DNA from: Octopus sinensis
Taxonomy: Eukaryota
Direction of reading: 5' to 3'
Length of the DNA stretch: 64,000 bases
Assembly: GCF_006345805.1 (NCBI RefSeq)
Contig: NC_043019.1
Location: forward strand, 18,723,360-18,787,359
In this document: positions 1 to 13,359 of the stretch, piece by piece
Layout: every line of letters begins with the position of its first letter
How positions within the stretch are numbered: the stretch's first letter is position 1
Made by a program: the position numbers and the translations under genes
The notes under the pieces: model-generated
Seen by the model: only the letters and a program-made list of their open reading frames with translations
The model's database searches: none
What the model was told of the DNA's origin: nothing

Positions 1-160
1 GGCAAATTCAGTATTGTCAGGGTCTAAAAATAGGAGAATAAACACACATGCATAAAAACAAAAACCACACTCGTAGCATAACGGGGTCAGTAATTACAGA
101 CCCCATTATGTAGCTACATTTATTACAGCTACATAAATTACAGACCCCATTATGCAGCTA

Positions 161-190
161 GATTACAGCCACTAATTAGTGGCTGTAATC
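161..190. repeat. Perfect 30-bp palindrome inside a small foldback/MITE-like element (about 85-215)
   Basis: GATTACAGCCACTAATTAGTGGCTGTAATC equals its own reverse complement; AATTACAGACCCCATTATG is duplicated at about 92 and 137. Confidence 0.85.
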
Positions 191-852
191 CAGCTACATA
201 GCTTTATGGATCTGATTGTTTTTGAACGTAACTCAGAGTTGCATGGTGGTAGATTGCAAACTCAGTAGAGCTCTGTAGAACATGCCTTGTGAGATCTGAT
301 TATATCTGTGAATGTTCTGACATCAGAACCTATCGGAAGGCTGTTAGCTTTGGTTTCCATTCCAATCAATGAAGCTGATTAAATTTATTAAATTCCTCCC
401 TTATAAATTTAGACATTGTACCTAATTGTAATGGTAAGGACAATGACAAGCGACGATACAGCCAGATAGTTTCACAGTGACCCTTAATAAACACATAGGA
501 ACACTAGTGATACTTTCATACCAATTTATTCATATACACACACACACACACACAACTATCCGTGCACACAGTTGTTCTGACACACACACACACATCCATA
601 TATATATATGCTGTAGTCTTTTACACACTCATCAACTTATTTATGCACAACTTTACTCATCTTACATATCCTCCACATGTCTACCAAAACATAACTCCAA
701 ACACCCACACACACACACACACACATTTCAACATTCCTTCGTTTGATATGATCATATAACTGAGTGTAATTAAATATCCACCCCAAAACAACCTCACACA
801 CCCAATGTCATCACCTCTACAAAAACTGGACATCTTATGGAAAATTTCATAC

Positions 853-1065
853 CTTCACTAGAAGTATCAACAGATGCAACCAAACGCAGAACCTGAAAAT
901 ACTCAAAAATTGGGGTTCGTTTTTCATTGGATATATCAAAAATCCAAATGTTATGTTTTGCCCTTGTAAGTGCTGTGTATAAATACTTTAATTCAGAGTT
1001 GAGAACCTTGTGCTTGTTTGGGTCAAAGGTTAAAGGATGAGGATGGTTCTCGGAATCAAGAACAT
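853..1065 (-). CDS. TRANK1: TRANK1-like exon, helicase motif VI (DVLDSEN...LNSELKYLYTALTRAKHNIWIFD)
   Basis: tttgcAG acceptor, G|GTatga donor; 213 nt, phase 1 to 1. Confidence 0.9.
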
Positions 1066-4000
1066 CTGCAAAGGAAAAAGAACAAAACAATATTAGTTAT
1101 TTTTATTGTAGAGTAGACCTGTTGTGTGGCATGTCTTTCTAATTGTTTAAATTTCATATCATTCTATTTGGGAGAAGCTTGTTTGTCCATATTTCACATT
1201 GAAGTTCTTTGATCTTGTTCTTACTCAAATGTATTTTACCAATTTTTATACAAAGTGGTAAAACAAAGACACAATGCCTCAGAATTTTTGGTAAAAGTAG
1301 AGAGTATTTAACTGACCCTAATATTTGACTGGTACTTGTTTTATTGACCGTAAAAGGACGATTGGCAAAGTTGACCCAGCAGGAACAATATTTCTGTGAT
1401 TCAAATAAAATATTTCTCAACCAAACTATCTATCAATCACTCCACCCTGCTATCATTCAATCAATCGATCTCTCTATCAGCTAATTGATCTATCTGTTGA
1501 TTGATCTGTCTATCTATATTTCTTTCTTTCTTATCTTTTCTCTCACTCACTCAATCCATCCAGCTAATCATTTATTTCTGTCAAGTCCGGCATCTTTCTA
1601 CAAATCCATTGAGCGATTCATCTGTCACTCCGTCCACCTACCTTTCAATTTATTATGTACCAATCTAGTTGTCTAAAAACACATTTCTGGTTTGTTTGTC
1701 TGAGACCCCATGCTAACACTGGCTACAGAAAGGGGTTTTATGGACTCCAGTTCCTCGTGGGATGACTTCCACACTAAAGATGAGAATGCATTCGTCCTTT
1801 CTGTGCAATCTTGCATATAAACCTAGCTGGATTGATTTGGTTAAGATAGCGTTCATGTTGCTTAGCCCTGGGTCAGTCCTGATCAAGCAAATGTTCAATC
1901 CATGATAATCTTGCCCTTTTATATATTCTGGATAGACAATGAAGGGTTTATATTTCGAATATAGATTTTCCATTTTTAAAACAGAAGGGAGTGACTGGTG
2001 AGAGATTTGCTTATTTGTAGCAGATCAAGGCATCACCCAGAACCCATCACAACCCCTTTAGCTCATAGAAACCATTGCCATAACAGTTCGTAGAAAGAGT
2101 GAAGAAGGTCATGGATGGACACAACTGTTCAATATCACATAAACTTCATCAGGTTTGTGCAGTTAAGATAAGAGGAGCAGAAGCCAAGGTCAAAGGTTGG
2201 GGAAATGGAGTAAAGACAAAGGGGAAAGAATTGATAGAGAAGCAAAAAGAGTGTGGACAGGACACGAGTGGCAGGCTCCCATGAATATAGAGCTAATAGG
2301 GAGATTTATGGAGGGTGTAGAGTATTCCAGCAGGGCCTTTCGACAGTTATGTCACATGTGAGCAGCAATATGCTGTAGTGTGGTGCATCTGTCCAAGAAC
2401 AGGCACACATGGAGCCGTTCGGTGATCTTTTTCTGATTAACAAGGATCTATACAGAGGTCAGTTCCTAATGCTCAATTGAAAAGTTTTGAGTCAGTGGGA
2501 GAGAGAGAGAGCAGGAGGGGACACAAGTCCACCTAAGTTGAGTTTTATACAAAAGGGATGTCATCAAGTTTTAATAGATAAAATAAAAAGAGGCACCGAG
2601 AATGAAGTGTATGTCTTCGGGTCAATTTGAACCCATGACTCTTGGATTGTTAATCTAATATTTCATACATTCCATTCATTCTTTCTCCTCTAAACATTGG
2701 TGCTACCATTAAGCAGCAACAATTTGGAAAGTGGGAAATTTCCGGACACTTAGACTTCCACAACAGTTTTCACAAATTAATAAAAGAAAAAAAAACAAAC
2801 AATTTAATGTGAAGATTAAATGGGGTGGAATTTAACTAGGATTCATAATAAATATATAACTTGGAAAAGAGAAGTCACATTGAATAATGTAGTCTAAGAT
2901 ACACAATGCCTAAGGGAAAAGGGTACAATTATGGCTGAAATGTCATTGATCTACGAGACCAAGACTAATTCAAAGCTAAGCAACAAGAAAGAATGGGATT
3001 CACCGAAGTTGAATTCAGCTGATCTTTGACCATTTCCTTGGCTGTCTTCATTGGTTTCTGCAATTATTTCCTGCAAATAGCTTGTTATTATTCGCCATTC
3101 ATCAGTCACCTGTAATTGATAATTTTTCTTAGAAATGACTGATGCATAAATTATAGTAAAAGAGATTTTTTTATCTTTTAACACCAACCGGTTATTTTAT
3201 TTGATAAAGAACACAGACACACATCCATGCAGTTTGGCACTGCATCTTTGTCTTCTTTCATCTCCTTCTCAACCACTTCCAGCCGCCACCCTCGGATCTC
3301 CTCTCCTCTAGCAAGACACCTGTGCTTGTCTTCTATCATACTTTAGCCTTTCAAAACCTGGTATAAAGTCACTCCCAGCCCCACCTAGAAGTTGGAACTT
3401 TCCCTTTTCTGGTGGTATGAAAAGAAACCCCATCCAGTACAGTGCAAAGGGGCTGGTGTTAGGAAGGGCATCCAACCATAAAAACCGTGCCAAAACTGAC
3501 ACTGGAACTCAGTGCTGGGTCCTGTCCAAAGGTCCAACCTCTGCAAGCATGGAAGGAAGATGTTAAATGGTGACAAGGATGACGACATTCATACATCGTA
3601 CAACCATGCACGTATACACACGTGTATGCAGCACATTATATATGCATGTGTAGTACATGTGTGTGTGTGTGTGTGTTGGGATGGCAGAGGTCAGTAGCAG
3701 CAGCAGGATGTAGGGTCAGGAGGCTGAGTGATGTGTGGGTGTGTGCATGAGTATGTACAGGTGTATGTGTGTGCACGTGTCCCTTTCTCCAAACATGACA
3801 GTTACCCCCTCTCCTACTCTCTCTCTCACACACACACACACACACAAGCACTGTGGTGTGCCCTTGTGCGCTTTTCCTGTCACTGGCCTAGGCAGATAAA
3901 ATGCAAGGATCTCCACCGGTCAAGGTTAATTCTACTTCTACACATGTCTGTAGAGGCCTGGGCAAGATTTTCAAGGAAGACTGACCATTGGCCATACATA

Positions 4001-5890
4001 CAAGTTCTCCCCTCTCTCCAAGTTACCAATGTTTAATCCAATGGAAAGGTCACTGACTTGGGTCGCATATATTGGGTGGTCAGCATGCACCAAATGGTTG
4101 GGTGTACCATTAAGAGGTCGGTTGTAAGTGGTGGTGGCAATGGCAGTAGTAGCAGCCAGCAGCAGCAGTGTGTGTCCGTGTGTCACCCCCACAATAACCA
4201 ACAGGGTTGCAGAACTACTAAAATACTTTTTTTATCTTTCATGTTGTGTGATGAAGAAATGAAATTTAATAAAGCAATGTGAAGAATGTGTGGCCTTCAT
4301 GAGAGGCTGGAAGGGAAATTAGATTAACATGAAACTGAAACTGTACCAGAGAATCCTTGAAGAAGTTGTACAAAAGGATATCATTGAATTCTAAGCCTTT
4401 TGATTCAGCAATTGTGAGAACAATTGCAGATGAAAGAAAACTGGGTAATTCCTGTTTTGCCTGATTATTTGCCACAAGAATAGCCTGAAATAGAAGAGAA
4501 CAAAACATGAGAGAAAAGGCAGAGAACAACATCGGAAATTTTTTTATTCACTTTTTGTAGTGAGTGAATGCGTGAGTGACTGACAAAGAAAAGGAGAGAG
4601 AGGTTATGTATGTATGAATGGCTTTGGCTGACTGTCATCCTGTCCTCCCCTTGTTGCTAGTGAAATGGTATATGCCAGCTGTGTGAGCAACTGGTTGTTT
4701 TAATGGCAGAACAAAGAGGGGAATTTCATTAGAAAAAGTTTTAATTGATTTTCTCGGTCACTATGGGGGCTAGGGAAATAATACAAACCGCATTCCAATC
4801 TATGCACCCGTCTCCACATGTGTACCATTTTTCACAAGAATCCACCCAGCCGTTTGGCTGTGAACCTCAAGACAAAAAAGAATACAACAATCGCCCATGT
4901 CCAATTTATATTATAGATTTATATAGATATTTATATATATATCATCATTGTCATTTAATGTCCGCTTTCCATGCTGGCATGGTTGGATGGTTTAACTGCC
5001 AGAAGGCTACACCAGGCTCCAATCCAATCAAGCAATGTTCCTACAGCTCGATATTCTTTCTAACGCCAACCACTCTGAGAGGGTAGTATATATCATCATC
5101 ATCATCATCATCGTTTAACGTCCGTTTTCCATGCTAGCATGGGTTGGACAGTTCGACCGGGGTCTGGGAAGCCAGGAGGCTGCACCAGGCTCCAGTCTGA
5201 TCTAACAGTGTTTCTACAGCTGGATGCCCTTCTTAATACCAACCACTCCGTGAGTATAGTGGATGCTTTTTACATGCCACCGGCACAGGTGCCAGGGGAG
5301 GCTGGCAGCGGCCACAATTGGTTGGTGCTTTTTACGTGCCACCGGCACAGAAGCCAGTCAAGGCGGCGCTGGCATCGGCCACGTTCGGATGGTGCTTTTT
5401 ACGTGCCACCAGCACAGGTATCACAACTACTATTTCCATTTGATATTTATTTTGATGTTGATGTACTTGACTCAATGGGTCTCCTCAAGCACAGCAGGTC
5501 ACTCTACGATCCAAGGTAAGCACAGCAGGTCGTTCTGCAATCCAAGGTACTTTGGATGGGCTGGGGCTATGCGAAACTGGTGCAGGAAGCAGCTCGGGTC
5601 TTTGCAGTCACAGCATATCTCCAGAGATCTCAGTCCTTTGTCGTTGCCTCTGTGAGGCCCAACGCTTGGAGGTCATGCTTGACTACCTATATATATACAC
5701 ACACACATACACATAAAATGGGATTCCTTCAGTTTCTGTCTACCAAATCCACTCACAAGGCTTTGCTTGGCTTGAGGCTGTAGTAGAAGGCACTTGCCCA
5801 AGGTACCACGCAGTGGGTCTGACCTCAAAACCATGTAGTTAGCAAGCAAACTTCTTAACCATACAACCACATCTGTGCCTATAGTTAAAG

Positions 5891-5922
<32 letters not shown>

Positions 5923-8900
5923 AACAGGTAAATTCCACATACACAACAGGTCAGCATCACAAGGATGAAGTGTCCCTGGTGAAATACTCAAAACTTACAA
6001 GTTTCCTTTTATATATGAAGGAAGAAGAAAGCCAGAAGCGAAGTTCTGGTGAAGTTGATGTGCTTCTGATGCTCAGCCTGAAAATCCGTAGGTAAAAACA
6101 CAGGTGAGCCAAGAGTGGCAGATCTGTTTCAGCGAACAGAGTAAATTCTTGTGAAATTAAAATAGCAGCCAACTCTCCCACAAATCTTACCATCTTAAAT
6201 AAAGGGTACACTGGACAACGTAGTCTCTGCTATACAAAATTATGGGATGGTCACAAGTGGAATGGCTTTGACCAACAGTGTGCTGAAACAGGGCTAGTTT
6301 AGGGCTCAACAACAACTCTGCTAAAACAAAGGCTGACCATGGACAAAGTGGTGGCATTAAAACGGGTGCCATGTTATGTTTATCAATCAAGAAATAGAGG
6401 GAAAAAAATGGTCCATAATATATTATTGTGGCGCTGGTACTAAAGGGGTTCTCCTGTGTTTTTCAACAAACTCAAACATGTCATACATACCTGCTGGGCT
6501 CCAAATTCAATTAGATCTGTTGTCTGTTTGTCTCCTCCCAATAACATAGCCAAGTCCTCATCACTACAGAACTCAAAGATTTTGGGTTTTGGGCCCTCAT
6601 ATGTTCCAAAATCTTTTTCGGTTTTATCAAAAGATTCCGGGAAATATCTATAAGAAGGATATCAAACATTGTGAGCGGTAAAAATAGTGTAAAAGGAAAG
6701 AGTGTTGTAAGGAGAACGCAAGAGGTTGTAACATGAGCAACAAGTATGTAACATAAGTGCTGTCACTGTGTGACATGAGTGTCATGGAAGGGATGCAGAT
6801 ATAGGATATGCATGTTTGTATGTGCAAGTGTCAATGTTGAATAAAAAATTAACAGTAATGACACTTGCAAGTCACTTAAGTTAGGCTGCGTGGCTCGAGT
6901 GCAACTTGAATGTGACAGGAGGATTGTGAGAGTGTAACACGGATGATCTGAGGATGTAACATGACATGAAAACAACAGGAGCTTGCTATGAAAGCAACTG
7001 GAGTGTAACAGGAGTGCAAAGGAGTTTCAACACATCACGAGAACATCATCATCATCGTCATCATAGCTTTAACATATACTTTTCCATCCTTCCAAGGGGC
7101 AGACAGAATTTAAGGTAGCAACATTTAATAATAAACAAAGAAAACAAAAGGCCACATACCTGTTAAGTAAATCAAGAACACTAGTAGCCAATGAAACCAC
7201 CCCACTGTGTGACCTGTAGTTGCAGGTCAAATAATGCATTGTCTGGGGTACGTTAATAGAGTGGAGTTGCTTTAAATTTGAACATATCCCTTTTAGGTAA
7301 TAAAAGAGTGACTTGAGGTCACAGAATCGAAATGCAACACCTCTCATGATACTCTGGGCTGTGTCACCTGTGAGAAACATGTTGTTGGGATTTTCAACAA
7401 GTAATATCATCAGAAAGAGTTCAGCTTGGGTAAAATCCTGGACTTCATCGACATAAATCTCATGAATGGGGCAGAAGGTTGGTTGGGAATTACAAAGCCG
7501 AGAGAATAAATTAAAAACAACATCCATCTCATCAAACAGATGTCTTTCTCTTAAGAGTTTATTGTATTTCACAAATGCTTGGTATACCTGCAAATAAAAA
7601 AAAAACAACATAAAAACAATATATTTTATCACAAAATTAGACACAATTTTGCGATAAAAAAAAGAACAGACACATCAGCAGGACTTGAAACTAGTATTTG
7701 TTGTTTGTTGGGTGGTCCCAGGACTAGTTGCACCACAGACAGCTTGCCATTACCCATTCTTAACTTAGATAACATTGGTAGGACTTGAAACCAGTGTTTG
7801 TTGTTTGTTGGATGGAAAGTCAAAAATACCATTTTGATAACTAGAAAGTACAAAGAGATGGTATTCTGTGTGAAGACGGAACAATCACCAGGTGTGTGTG
7901 TGTGTGTGTGTGTAGGTTCTAAATAATAATAATGAAATTATTGTATACATTTCTCAGGTGCACCACAACTTGTCAAAAGTGCGTATAAAGCATCTGCAGT
8001 AATGTACAAATGTCTGGAAAGCGAACAATGTATGAGTCAGATACATACTTGTGTGTGTATGGAGGGGAGAAAATCAGGTGTAGTGTTGGCGAATCTCAGG
8101 AAGCATGGAAGTTTTGAAGGATGCCGTGCTCCGACAACTAACAACTGATGCCAGCAGTTTGTTCCATGCTTCAGCAACTCTTAGCATGAAAACATATTTC
8201 CTGAAGTCATGGGAGCTGTGCTGTCTTCTGACTTTGTAAATATGTCCACGGGTGTTAGATGGGTGAAGTTTGAAAAGGTGCTCAGAGTTATTGTTTGTAA
8301 GATGGTTAATAATTTTATGGGTGTCTGCCAAGTCAGCTGCCAGACGTCGGAGTTTCAATGTGTCCATGCCCAGGGAAGTAATGCGTTCAGAATATGGCAA
8401 ATGCCTGATGGAGGGTATTTTTTTGGTTGCACGTTGCTGAACGGCTTCCAGACGATTAATATCCTGGGCAAGATAGGGGTTCCAGACCAGTGATACAAAT
8501 TCCAGGTGAGGTCTTACCATAGCTATATAAAACCACAGATAGATAGTCGGAGAGCAGCTCACGAAGGATTTGGTGAGTGATGCCAAGACACCCTCAGCCT
8601 TCTTGACAATTTTAGTGATGTGTTTTGTCCAACACAAATCACTGTCGACAATAACACCCAGGTCACGTTCACATGAAGACTTTTTGAGACTAGTGTTGTG
8701 GAGGGAGTAGGTGGATGCTGGGTTTCTCCTCCCAAAATGCATGGTGGTACATTTGTCCACAGCCAGCTTGAGTTGCCAGTCCATGATCCACTGCTGCATT
8801 GTGTCCAGGTCTGATTGCAATAAAGATCTATAGTGTACAGGATCTGACCTCTTTATTTCAAGGTACAGCTTGATGTCTTCTGTTTTTAATAAATTTGAGA

Positions 8901-10621
8901 TCTTCCTCTGAAGAAGGAGCTGCTTTCTAACAAAAGATACAAAGCTCCATCATTGGAATGTAGATAACAAAAACACATTTTAAACTTGACAAGAGTCTTG
9001 CAGATTTTTACTGTTCCGCTCACAGATTTGATTTGTAATGATATAATCTACATTTTTAGTTGCATCTTGGGCTTCCAAGGGCTTTACAGCCTCTTTTATT
9101 TGCAAGAAGATATCTCGTAGCGATCTGTGGCTTTCATACTGAAAATGTATAGCCTTTGTAGTGTGATGCAGTGGTCACAAGTCCAAGAGAAGCTCAGCTT
9201 CATGTTGATAATATGGTCTTCTTCAAGTTTTTGTAAAACATAACCATGCATAGTCTTTTTTTAGGTATGTTAAGCATTTCATATTCAGGCTTTCTTTGAG
9301 GTATGCTAATCCAGCTGTTTTGAGGGTGTATGGGAAGGGTACCCAGAAAAGACGCTTCCTGAGTAGCCCACTGCCCATACAGAGGATGTTGTTCTCTCTG
9401 CTTTTCAGCACTAAGTTTATGGGTTTATTTCTGTTGCTGCTCTTTAGCAGTACTGTCCCAGAGATTCTAAACAACATTTGAAGGCTGTGTGCACCAATCC
9501 CAAACTCCTAGCTCTGTCACTTCTTCTTAGATACAGCCTGTTAATATCACTGTTTCTGTGGAAGCCTCATGCTGAGATCAGGATCTTGTGGGTTTTAATT
9601 TCTATGGAGTGGACTTCCTCTAAAGACCAGTCAAGTATCCCAAATGCTGGAATCAACTCTGGTACTGAAAATGCATTATGGCGCAGGGTCTTGTTATAAG
9701 AGGAGAGTTTTGACTGCCATATTTTGCTAAGTCTGGCATAATGTTCTCAGGTTAGTCTGTCTTTATTCTCAGAACCTCCACGTGTATGTTTGTGTGTATG
9801 TGTATGTATGTATGTATGTATGTATGTATGTATGTATGTATGTATGTATGTATGTATGTATGTATGTATGTATGTATGCATATATGTATGTATATATGCA
9901 TGTGAGTTTATGTATGGATAGACACAACCACACACATACATATCCATGGCATATTTCATCTGTCACCAACAGATCCGCTATGGTCTCAACCACTAAGAAT
10001 GGTTCTCCAGAAAATTTAGCACACCAGATCTTTTTCTAGCGTAAGAGTTTCCACATAGTGGTTCCCCTCTTATATTTATGTATAAAATACTATTTACTGA
10101 ATCTCAGTTTTTTTTATATGCTTAGTCCACTGGTGTTAAATTGATGTTATAAATTTAATATCCAATTTTTCTCCCTCATTTTGATTTTAATTTTAAATTA
10201 ATAAGTTCTCAAACCGGCAAAAACTACTGCAGTGAATTATTTATGCCGTATTTATTTCCGGTAATTTAGTGCGCCTAAACGAGGACTTTTGAAAATAACC
10301 GCAAATATAATAGGTGGAACTACATGCATTTTGGACCTTGTGTTGATATCTGGCGTGAAATTCTACAAATTATATCTTGCAAAGAGGATCACACTGATGA
10401 TCTACAGATAAATTGTGTAAATAAAATTACGTAATTTCTTGATAGTGAAACAATTGTTTGTGATTAATCTATATTTTTATTATTTTTCATTTGTCTTGCT
10501 CGCTTACGTTTCTGGTGTGCTAAATTTTCTGGAGAACAATTCTTAGTGGTTGAGACCATAGCGGATCTTTTTCTAGCATAAGGGTTTCCACATAGTGGTT
10601 CCCTCTTATATTTATGTATAC

Positions 10622-10699
<78 letters not shown>

Positions 10700-13309
10700 G
10701 ATGGGCTTCTTTCAGTTTCCGTCTACCAAATTCAGACACGCCTATATATAAATAAATATATATATATATATATACATATATATCAATGCTAAAAAATGTC
10801 TGCTTTAGAGAGGAAGTGAAGAATATCTTCAAAGTGTTGCAATGGAGAAATTTATGTTGGGATATTTAAGTAAACACCACAAACAATATTGGAGATCAAC
10901 CCAAATAAACATAGACAATACACCCGTAATTCATCCAAGCAAAATATTTAATCACTGAGTGTGCAGCAACCAATAGGTAACTGTTGGTGTGAATATAGAC
11001 ATCAGAAGAAAAAAATTCCAATTTACAAACCTTTTCCCGGTCTGAGGTGAAATTTGGAGCCTGTTTCTTCCCAATCGCCAAGTATTCATTTTTTGATAGG
11101 AAACCTTTCTCTGAAAGCAGGGATTTATAAGAGCCTTTTATGATTGACATAATTTCAGTCCAAATAAGGGTTGGATGGCAGCCAGGGACTGGATATTTAA
11201 TTCGATTCCAAAATTCCTTCTCAAATATGTCATAGGTTACTTCATAAAAATCTTGGAAATTCCCACCAACGTCATTCTCTTTGATGTCCATGTCAAACAG
11301 ATTGCTGGAATCTTCATCCAGCCAGTTTTTGAAGTCTGTTCTCAAAGTCATGTCTTCATTTCGAGGGAAAAAATACGGTGAACCAAGTGAGGCATCTAAA
11401 AGAACCCAAAATTTCTTGGATGTTAGAAATATTGGGAAATTGTTGTCCTGAACATCCTGAAAACGTAACCCAGAAAATTCCATGTGGTTTTCACTCATAT
11501 TCTCACCAGTACAGAGATTTTTGAAGTTCTTTTGCATTTCTGTACACAGACAATTGTTTCGTGAAATAAACAGTTGATGAAGATGGCAGTAGTTTTCGGA
11601 ATCATCTTTGCTTTCATCGTCATCTGAATCATTCACATCGTCTTCATCTTGTTCTTCTGATAGAAGAGGAAATAAAAGCAGAATAGTTATAATGTCATTG
11701 GAAAAAAACAGAAAATAAATCAAAAAACAAAAGACAACTTACTTCTGGCTTCCGTAACATCAAGTACGAGATTAGAGAGAAGGCTAGTTTAATACAGGTA
11801 CCTTTCCCAAATAAGTTTCATATACCTCCTCCTTTACACAAGACAGGTAATCTTAGTCAATGTAAAATTAACATCTTCTGTTCAGAAACATAAGATACTT
11901 TCAGTTGATTTGAACTTGTGATACACAAACTGGCCATAAGGTGACTTACTGCTGGCCATTTGGCTGTTACACAAACACAAACATAAGAATACTAAAAAAA
12001 AAAAGAAAAAAGAAAAGTACCAGCAGCAGCAGTGTTTTCTTTTCCTCCTCTGACATCTCAACCTTAATTTTATTGAATATTGTCACTTGTAGAAATTCTT
12101 CATCACAATTTATTGTGGCACTCCGTCAGTTATGACAATGAGGGTTCCAATTGATTCAATCAATGGAACAGCCTGATCGTGAGATTAACGTGTAAGTGGC
12201 TGAGCCCTCTACAGACACATGTCCCCTTAATGTAGCCCTCAGTAATATTCAGCGTGACACAGAGTGTGACAAGGCTGGCCCCTTTTGAAATACAGGTTCA
12301 ACTCGTTTTAACCAGTTGGGAGGACTGGAGCAACTTGTGTTTTTGAGCACAACCACAAGTAAAGACACTAAAAGCAGTTGAATAAAGAAACCCATTCTTA
12401 GATATTTTCTGCTCAATATCATTACAAGACCAAGCTTTTGACTTAGACTTTCAGCAACATGTTACAAGAACTGAAAATTAATCTAAGCTTAACACTGTAA
12501 AAATTTTTATCAATTCTCACCAAGCTACAAGCGCTAATGTCTACCACATGAGGCTTACTAAAACAAATGAATTCAAAACTGATTTTAATAAAATGAAGAA
12601 TAACCAAATGAAAGAGTCTCACCATCTGATTGTTCTTGCAGGTGTCCTCCTAGCACTTTGTTATCTCTGATGTGATCCAATGAGTTAGTCACAAGTTTCT
12701 GAAACAATGGGCTCCCAGAGATGTTAGCCTGTTTCCAATAGGTGATATAATGGTCCCAGAGTCGGTAAAGACAGCAAGTGGTTTTGCCAGTACCACTTCG
12801 GCCCAACACAATGATGGCTTCTTTACTGTTGTCGACTATGATGTTAGATTCCGCTTCTTTTACTTCAAACGGGAAAGAAGCATTCAACGTACTCTCCTGA
12901 AATATATATCTCACCAATGAAGAGGTAAAACGGTAGAATTTCATAATATTCACTTCACTTTCACTGTTAATAGAAAGATATGAGTGACAGATGTCGTTGC
13001 CTTTATTGTCGTCACACTTGTCAAAGACACGTGGTGACAATACACCAGACAGACTCTGGGTAGAGAGTACAGGTTTTAAATACTGACAACAGGATAAACT
13101 AGCCTTGTAACATCTCACAATATTGTCTATAATGGATCTGAACTTGTTTAAATTAAAAACCACTTTCCAGATACAAAGCACCTCTGAATATTGTTCCAGT
13201 TCTAAAAAAAAACAAAACAAAGAGAAGAGTTATATATATCTTGAAATACATGCAAATACATAGAGACATTACATGTATATATAAACACACAATCAATCAA
13301 TCAATATAC

Positions 13310-13359
<50 letters not shown>

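Noticed and set aside
11950-11991. 42-nt frame-preserving cassette exon candidate (strong poly-Y AG, GTAAGT donor) and a nearby donor at 11741-42
   Set aside because: The flanking exons already join in phase, the peptide is low-complexity, and its CAGCCAAATGGCCAGCA core recurs at about 35547 on the other strand, suggesting a repeat.
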